Assembly: GCA_951406725.2 (NCBI GenBank)
Contig: OX597832.1
Coordinates: 14,756,001 to 14,820,000, forward strand
Source: Octopus vulgaris
Lineage: Eukaryota
Length of the DNA: 64,000 nt
Direction: 5' to 3'
The first letter of the stretch is position 1; each line of letters opens with the position of its first letter. A program made the translations under genes and the position numbers. The notes beneath the pieces were generated by a model. It saw only the letters and a list, made by a program, of their open reading frames with translations. It had not been told where the DNA came from and ran no database searches. Below are positions 56,389 through 64,000 of this stretch, in pieces.

Positions 56389-58095
56389 CGTCTAGCAACT
56401 ACCATTTAAAATTATGAACGGCATGGCTTATACTTGATATATTTGCTGCTTTTACTGGGAAGCCCTTCCGTCTGGAAATAATAGCATTGCCATTAATATT
56501 TCAATAATTGTGTTATACGCGACACAGTTTAAGTATCTGTAAAAAAAGGAAACTTGAAGTTTATACATTTCATTGTCTAATACCTAAAGATGTAAGCACA
56601 CACTCACGTGTTCTCTCTCCCTCTTTGTCATTCAGCCTATGCCACCGTGCTATTGATAAAGTGATATGGTATCTAGTTACAAATCATTTCAATTTCTAAT
56701 GAGCATTCTTCAGGAAAAACGTATGCGGCAAACAAACTCATTTCCAGTGCAACTCAACCTGCTTTGTGAATCATTCCCCAATTAGGCAAGCAAATACTCA
56801 GATGACCTATTTTGTACTTTTGGGCGTGTGATGTCGTGTCACTAACTAAATAATTTGTATTTTTCGTAATATAATAATCTAAATCAGGAGTCCAAAATGT
56901 ATTAAGATTCGAAAACCTTATACAAAGCAAAATTAAGGCAAGTAAATCCATTAATGCCCTAGATTAATGTATAATTGCTTCATAAAATAGATCCTCTCGT
57001 GAATTGTTTCAAAAGCAAAGCTGGGTATGTATTCCGAGAGGGAAAAGGTAAAATAGAGAAAATGCCAATCAGGAGACGTCTGCCAACAAATGATTTTTGT
57101 AGAATGTGTTAATTGTAGCTTGAATATGGAGGAGCATTAAATTATATTTACTAGTGTGTGAGTATACAATATAATTACTATTCCTATACCCTTGAAATAT
57201 TATGAAAGGCGGCGAAATCTTCTATATAGGTTTGTAGTTGAACTTATTGGGCATGGTTTAAAATTGATTCAAATCTAGTCAGTTTCGTATGTCCGTGGTT
57301 TTAATTTGCTTTCGAAGTTGATGTAGATTTCGAATCAGAACACAATAGAATACCCATGTCGTTCTTTTCTCTAAAAATGTATTAAATGAAACTTGCGAAT
57401 GACAAAGCTGAAACCTTCAGTTTACGCTACAAACCGAATTCGCCAGCATAGACGGTATGAATGAATGATATACGACTAATATTGTTATAAACACGTCTAT
57501 AAGCAGTAACTAAATAATCGTCATATTATATCCTCGTCTCTTAAGGAAAACATGATTAAGTTGATGATACAATCGAGATTTATCTCTAAAGCCACTAGTT
57601 AAAACCGCTAGGAATATTTTTAGGAATATATCGAGGCGATCAGTACGTCTGTCTCTAGACAGAATAAACTTGAAAGATACAATTCCAGACATAGTGTGTA
57701 TTTCTGTATTAAAGTAAACACACTGGTGATGATTTTCTTCCCGCAACAGTTAAATACTAAAAGGAAACATTTATATTGCTTTACATGAATTAGAAATTCG
57801 CGATATCGGTTAGGTATTTGAGTGTACAGCTTTCAATTCATATAATAGGAGTATGAGCTACAATATCTGGTAGTGAAGCAATAGCATTAAAACTTGGAAA
57901 GGTATTCGAAATTTACAAAGTAATACTATATATTTGTATGTTCCTATATAAATCGCATATGGTCTTTGGATGTATGTGAGGAAGAAAATATTTGATTTAT
58001 TTTATTGAAAACGATTCCATCTCTATATTGTTTGATATATGTTTACGACTTTTGTTGAAGGTCAATGAAGTACAACTGATAGCATTCCTGGTCAT

Positions 58096-58150
<55 letters not shown>

Positions 58151-58375
58151 TAGGGAATAAATCCAAACTTACAGTAAAAAATCAGATTTAGGATTGAATC
58201 CAATTTTATAGTAAAATATTATATTATATTAAATTAGAGACAAAACCACTATTATGCAAATCAAACAAAGAAAGACTTAAGCCAATACATAAATTAATTT
58301 ATATTATTTAGAAATGTAACAATTATTATTATTATTATTATTAATAATAATAATGTATTTTATTCATCATACAGT

Positions 58376-58466
<91 letters not shown>

Positions 58467-59026
58467 AACTGTATGATGAATAAAATACACGCATTATCAT
58501 GATTCATTCTATATATAAGGCAATAAATGAGGCTTCGAAAATTAGAGGAACATAAATGTGCAGTGGATGGACAGGAACGCGGTTAAGTAGAGTGTGCATA
58601 TACGTAACTTCCTTATATCCCTCCCAGAATACATGTAATATTCAATAATTGGGCTCAGTCTTTACTTAACGGATCGACATTTAGCTGCTGGATAAATCGA
58701 AGAGAGTGCTACATGGGATTACATAATATGGTTTATGCAAATCTGGAAATTAGCGCAAGCGTTGTCTCACATAATTTTCAGTTTAGACGTTTCTTGTTAC
58801 TTATGTCCAAATCAACAATTATAGAATATATATATATTAACGACGTTTAGTGGAATTGTGATATTGCTTCATAAACTACACTATCCATAGTGAAATGCCC
58901 GTATGCAAAACTGCAGATCTAATTGAAAGAAATTCCTTGTGGCAACAGAAAACCTAACGTCCATCCAGTATGTGGCTGGTGTCTGTCACCAAAGTTATGT
59001 TAAACGTTGTTATTCTCCATGATGCT

Positions 59027-59435
<409 letters not shown>

Positions 59436-60228
59436 ACGACAACAACAACAATCACAAGTGCAAGAAGAAAAGAAAGAGAAGAAAGAAAGAAAACGGGAAA
59501 ACAATGACAACAGCAATAACAATAATATTAATGATAATAATAAGAATAATAATAATAACAAGAAAAATTATAATGACAATAGCATAATTATTTTCACTGC
59601 TTTTGTTTTTTGGGACTTGGGAATTTATTCTAAAGCAGCATGAGATGAAATGTGACAGATTTACCATAGTTATTGCTATACGCATACATTTTCGGTCGTG
59701 TCTACTTACAAAAAATTATCATAAAAGACACAAGCTGTTTTGAAGATGAAGTTGGACTTGTAGAAACAGTATTGAGGAAACACTACACAATGAATATCTC
59801 TCGTAAAAATTGGAGGGGATGTCTGCAGCTGTGATGTTGTAAGTAAAAAGAATATTACTAAGTGAATGGTGTTTGAAGCATTTTGAACGAGAGCAAACTA
59901 TTAGATTTCCAAAACAACGATTAACCTTTTGATACCAATATTTGATTTTATTTCGTGTCAATTTCCACATAATGCTTTCATTATACGGTTTTGACTAACA
60001 CTTCGAACTTTATCTCTCCTGATAGAGAATATATATTTTACTTGGTACATATTAGTAAAGATGAATTTGAGCTGGTGAAACAGCAATTTAGGTTTGTGAC
60101 TATATAGGAATATCTATCTATCTATTTATGTATCTATCTCCTTTTCAATCACTCTTTCTCTCCTCCTTTTTCCCTTTCTCCATAACCTTTTCTCCCCTTC
60201 TCTCTCTCTCTCTCTCTTTCTGTCTCAC

Positions 60229-60292
<64 letters not shown>

Positions 60293-60299
60293 TCATATA

Positions 60300-60975
60300 A
60301 GGTGCTTGTTTACTCCTTAGACACAGTCGGAACACCGCTTTTACCTACATCTTAGATCTGTCATGGCGACAGAATGTGGCTTTTTACACCAGACAATGTA
60401 TTGAAAAGACACCCACACAGATTTCCTATCCCATTTGGACCACCAAGAGCTGCAGTTTTGTATCTCAAAATGTCTTTTGAGGCCTCCGTTAGATTAGCGG
60501 ACCTTATGGCATACATGCCATTGGCAGGTGTGCAAGAGTATATAGGCAAAATAGTTGATGAAGGTTCGTTTTTCATGGGTCCATAAATGGAACTTGAGCC
60601 CAGCAAAAGAAAGGCATGTTCTGTCACAAACTGTGCACACAAAAACTCGACTTCTTCAAATTTCTCATGACAGTTTTATCCTCTCCTCTTCAAACGGTTT
60701 AACTTTACACCACACTTTCGTTCGCCTTCCAGCTCGATCCAAGCCAAGAGTTTCTAAGGTTTTTCGATCCATTCCAAGTGAATTAATGTTAGTTCTTATT
60801 CGGTCCGCAAACCTCATTTTAGGTTTACAATGATTGCGCTTCACCTCTTTGTGTGTGCAGTCATTCGAACAATATGGCTAGACCATCTCATTTGAATTTC
60901 AAAATTCATTGCTTTAATTGAAGTGACGCCTGCAGACGCAAAGGCATATATTCTTGGAGTAAAAAGAAGTTCAAT
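60300..60975 (-). mobile_element. RTE-clade LINE 3' remnant
   Basis: Minus-strand translation across frameshifts: SAGVTSIKAMNFEIQMRWSSHIVRM...KRNHCKPKMRFADRIR...LDRAGRR...PFEEERI...FVCTVCDRTCLSFAGLKFHLWTH, a typical RTE C-terminus. The 3' UTR runs toward a (TA)n tract. Confidence 0.8.
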
Positions 60976-61014
60976 TTAACAATATGTCAAACAATCTGTG
61001 TATATATATAGAAT

Positions 61015-61143
<129 letters not shown>

Positions 61144-61724
61144 TATATATGTGTGTGTGTGTGTATGTATATTCTACTCTCAGATGTACATGCTATAGAG
61201 CATCACGTATAAAATTATGCGATGATGTATGGTAGATTAATGATAGCCAACCCGCATTCCTGTGAACCTGTTCCGCTCAAAGATGATCTCTCGAATGAGT
61301 TCGTCCATGGGGATCTGTACTATTCCACTATATAATTTTTACAGCAGATCGGTGCTCTCATGATAAAGTCGCCCACAAAAAGTAAGCTAGAAAATGTTGG
61401 TTTATGAGTGCCACGTATCTGAACAAAAAAGACAACCGCAGTGCTTCTGTTTCACCGTCAGATTCCTCGCTGAACACCAGAGTATTCCATCTCTCCCATA
61501 GATTTGTTTACTGCATCACCACTGGTGGTGAACATAGCGTCTTAACATCAGTATAAAGCAGAGAAAACGATGTTTTATTAACAACAAGCAACTAAACCTC
61601 GAGTCAAATCATAGTCACATCCATTCAAGAAAATTATTCCATTAAATATGGTGGGAGTGAGAAAGGCTAATCTTTTATGAAATGCTTGAAAACAAGAACA
61701 TGGCCATTGCATAGCTTTCCATTC

Positions 61725-61862
61725 ATGAATCGCTTTTTCAGTCTTACTAAAAAGCTTCAGATAATCCATGTAGAACAAATTGTTAATTTTTCCATTACTA
61801 TTTCTGATAGCTTGCATTTGCCTTCTTCAATACTAAATTAAGAGGGATCAAACATAAGACTA
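61725..61862 (-). mobile_element. R4/Dong-clade RT fragment adjacent to (TAA)n
   Basis: IVLCLIPLNLVLKKANASYQ...GKINNLFYMDYLKLFSKTE (cf. F...L.PL...L....Y...INHL.YMDDLKLF.K). Confidence 0.75.
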
Positions 61863-61926
61863 TTATCATCATCATTAATATTATTATTATTATTATTATT
61901 ATTATTAGTAGTAGTAGTAGTAGTAT

Positions 61927-61975
<49 letters not shown>

Positions 61976-62005
61976 TTTAGTAGTAGTAGTAGTAGTAGTA
62001 GTATC

Positions 62006-62222
62006 AAGGTGGCGAACTGACAGCATCGTTAGCACGCCCGCCCAAATGCTTATCGTTATTTCGTCTGTTTTCACACTCCCAGTCCAAATTCTGCACAGAC
62101 AGAGTTTGCCTTTCTTCCTTTTGGGATCGTTGAATAAAGTACAAAGTTGAGTACTAAGGTCAAGGTAATCGATTAGTTCCCACAAATTTAGTATTTTGTA
62201 CCTATGATACAAAAGATTATTA
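62006..62222 (+). mobile_element. SINE family C within a (TAG)n tract
   Basis: aaggtggcgaactgacagcatcgttagcacgcc...aaatgctta...tttgcctttcttccttttgggatcg; multiple homologues in the window. Confidence 0.75.
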
Positions 62223-62317
62223 TAAATTGTAACTATTATTAGCACAAGTAGTAGTAGCGGTAGCAGCAGCAGCAGTAGCACAGGAGTAGTAGTAGAAGTA
62301 GCAGCAGAAGCAGCAAC

Positions 62318-62369
<52 letters not shown>

Positions 62370-62804
62370 AAATTTGATACGTTGAGAACTATACAAAATA
62401 TTTTCCAGAAAACAATTTCTAAGTGGCTGGGTTTACACATTCTGCCTATGATTTTATCCAGAACATTTTGTCCAAGTTTTGTGTATATGACACAAACAAT
62501 CATTTTGGTTAAATTCTACTAAATTATGAATCATCTTAACATGTTTATGGAAAATGTGGAATACATCAATTCTTAATAGTCATCGTAGGACATTGTGTGC
62601 TAAGATTTAAGCATCAGACATATTATTATGCGTCAAATCTGACATCCTTATAGGTAATATTGTTCCCGTTCAATTTAAATACTATTTTGAAATCTGTGTA
62701 TTTCGTCGCTGTCGGATTTACATACAGACACTTTTCGGATATTCATAGACTGTTCATAATTTTATAGAATAAATGAATAGATAAATACACCGAAAATGGA
62801 GGAA

Positions 62805-62883
<79 letters not shown>

Positions 62884-62936
62884 TGTGTGTGGTGTGTGTG
62901 TATGTATTTAGAGTAAATGACAGACGGTTAGTTAGG

Positions 62937-62996
<60 letters not shown>

Positions 62997-63060
62997 CGGC
63001 AGGATGGCTGGATGGATAGATGGATAGATAGATATATAGCTAGCGAGACTGACATAGATA
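62805..63060. repeat. (TA)n and (GATA)n microsatellites
   Basis: Direct reading. Confidence 0.95.
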
Positions 63061-64000
63061 AGTAGAGAGGCAAACAGCAATATAGATTGATAGGGAAATA
63101 CCTAGATATATATATATATGTATATATATTAATAGACATGCAATAAGTTTGCCACACGTATTAATACACAAACCTGCATGCATTTCTTATGTACTACGGA
63201 CAAAATGTATATATACGTAATGGAGACCATAGTTTATACTAGTAGAGAAGAAATTGTTATGTTGAGACAATGGGTATCGATATTTCACCTATTGGTGTTT
63301 TGGGTATTTTTTAAAGTTTCGTAAATTGTTACTTATAAAAATCTGGTGTGGATGTTATTGACTACATTTCAATTAATTGAATACGTTTCTGTATAATTTT
63401 TTTATTTTTAAATATGTAAAATAAAGTACTGGTTGGAAACAAATTACCCGGCTTAAACAACCGTAAAACGATTAATATATTGAAAATATATATCTATGAA
63501 TCACAATTGATTCTACAATGAAACACATAGAAAAAAGTTACAGAAAAGTTACAGAGAAGTGAAACAAATTGCTACTTGTACAGTTTCTACGTTTATATAA
63601 TGTGCAAGACGTTGAAAAGCAAATATATCTAAAATGACTGCTGCCGTATATTCACTGCATATATTATTGACAACCCTACTTAACATGCGTCCATAATATT
63701 ATTTTCTCGACAGAAAATTAGGTTTGTAAATTATACCACGCTACAGCATGTTATGCTAATAGTATTTTTCTGTGATTTTTATCACTGTGCCAAGAAGAGC
63801 ATTATTGTATTGTTCGTAGGACGAAGCTAAATAATTCAAACGTGAGCTCTTAGCAGCCAGATTGTCTTTCATAATTGACAGTTGCGGTTAGATAATGCTG
63901 TTGTAACTGCCAGAGGGAAGATATTGGTAAATATTCAGGGAAAAAGAGAAACAGAAAACAGACATATTAAATGGAAAATAGATAGGAATTCGTATAAATC

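Overview
AT-rich, repeat-dense animal genomic DNA, intergenic or intronic. It resembles an octopus (coleoid cephalopod) genome; this is an inference from the SINE families and the microsatellite load. No intact protein-coding gene is visible, and almost all ORFs in the track are microsatellite artefacts. Identifiable content: (1) a decayed Neptune-type Penelope-like element (PLE; RT + Cys-linker + GIY-YIG) at ~12.3-14.0 kb; (2) R4/Dong and RTE LINE remnants; (3) Tc1/mariner, piggyBac-like and Helitron remnants; (4) three families of tRNA-derived SINEs; (5) one possible first coding micro-exon (MAGKK|GT, minus strand, 7445-7460). The most striking signal is a set of about 12 minimal type-I hammerhead-ribozyme (HHR) motifs or relics belonging to several unrelated short non-coding repeat families. 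Most sit in or beside (TA)n tracts and several are arranged as fold-back (inverted) duplications. One is fused behind a tRNA-like Pol III head, and one lies in the 3' end of the PLE itself. Together these suggest a community of HHR-bearing non-autonomous retroelements mobilised by Penelope-like elements. All structures were folded by eye, and ribozyme activity is untested.
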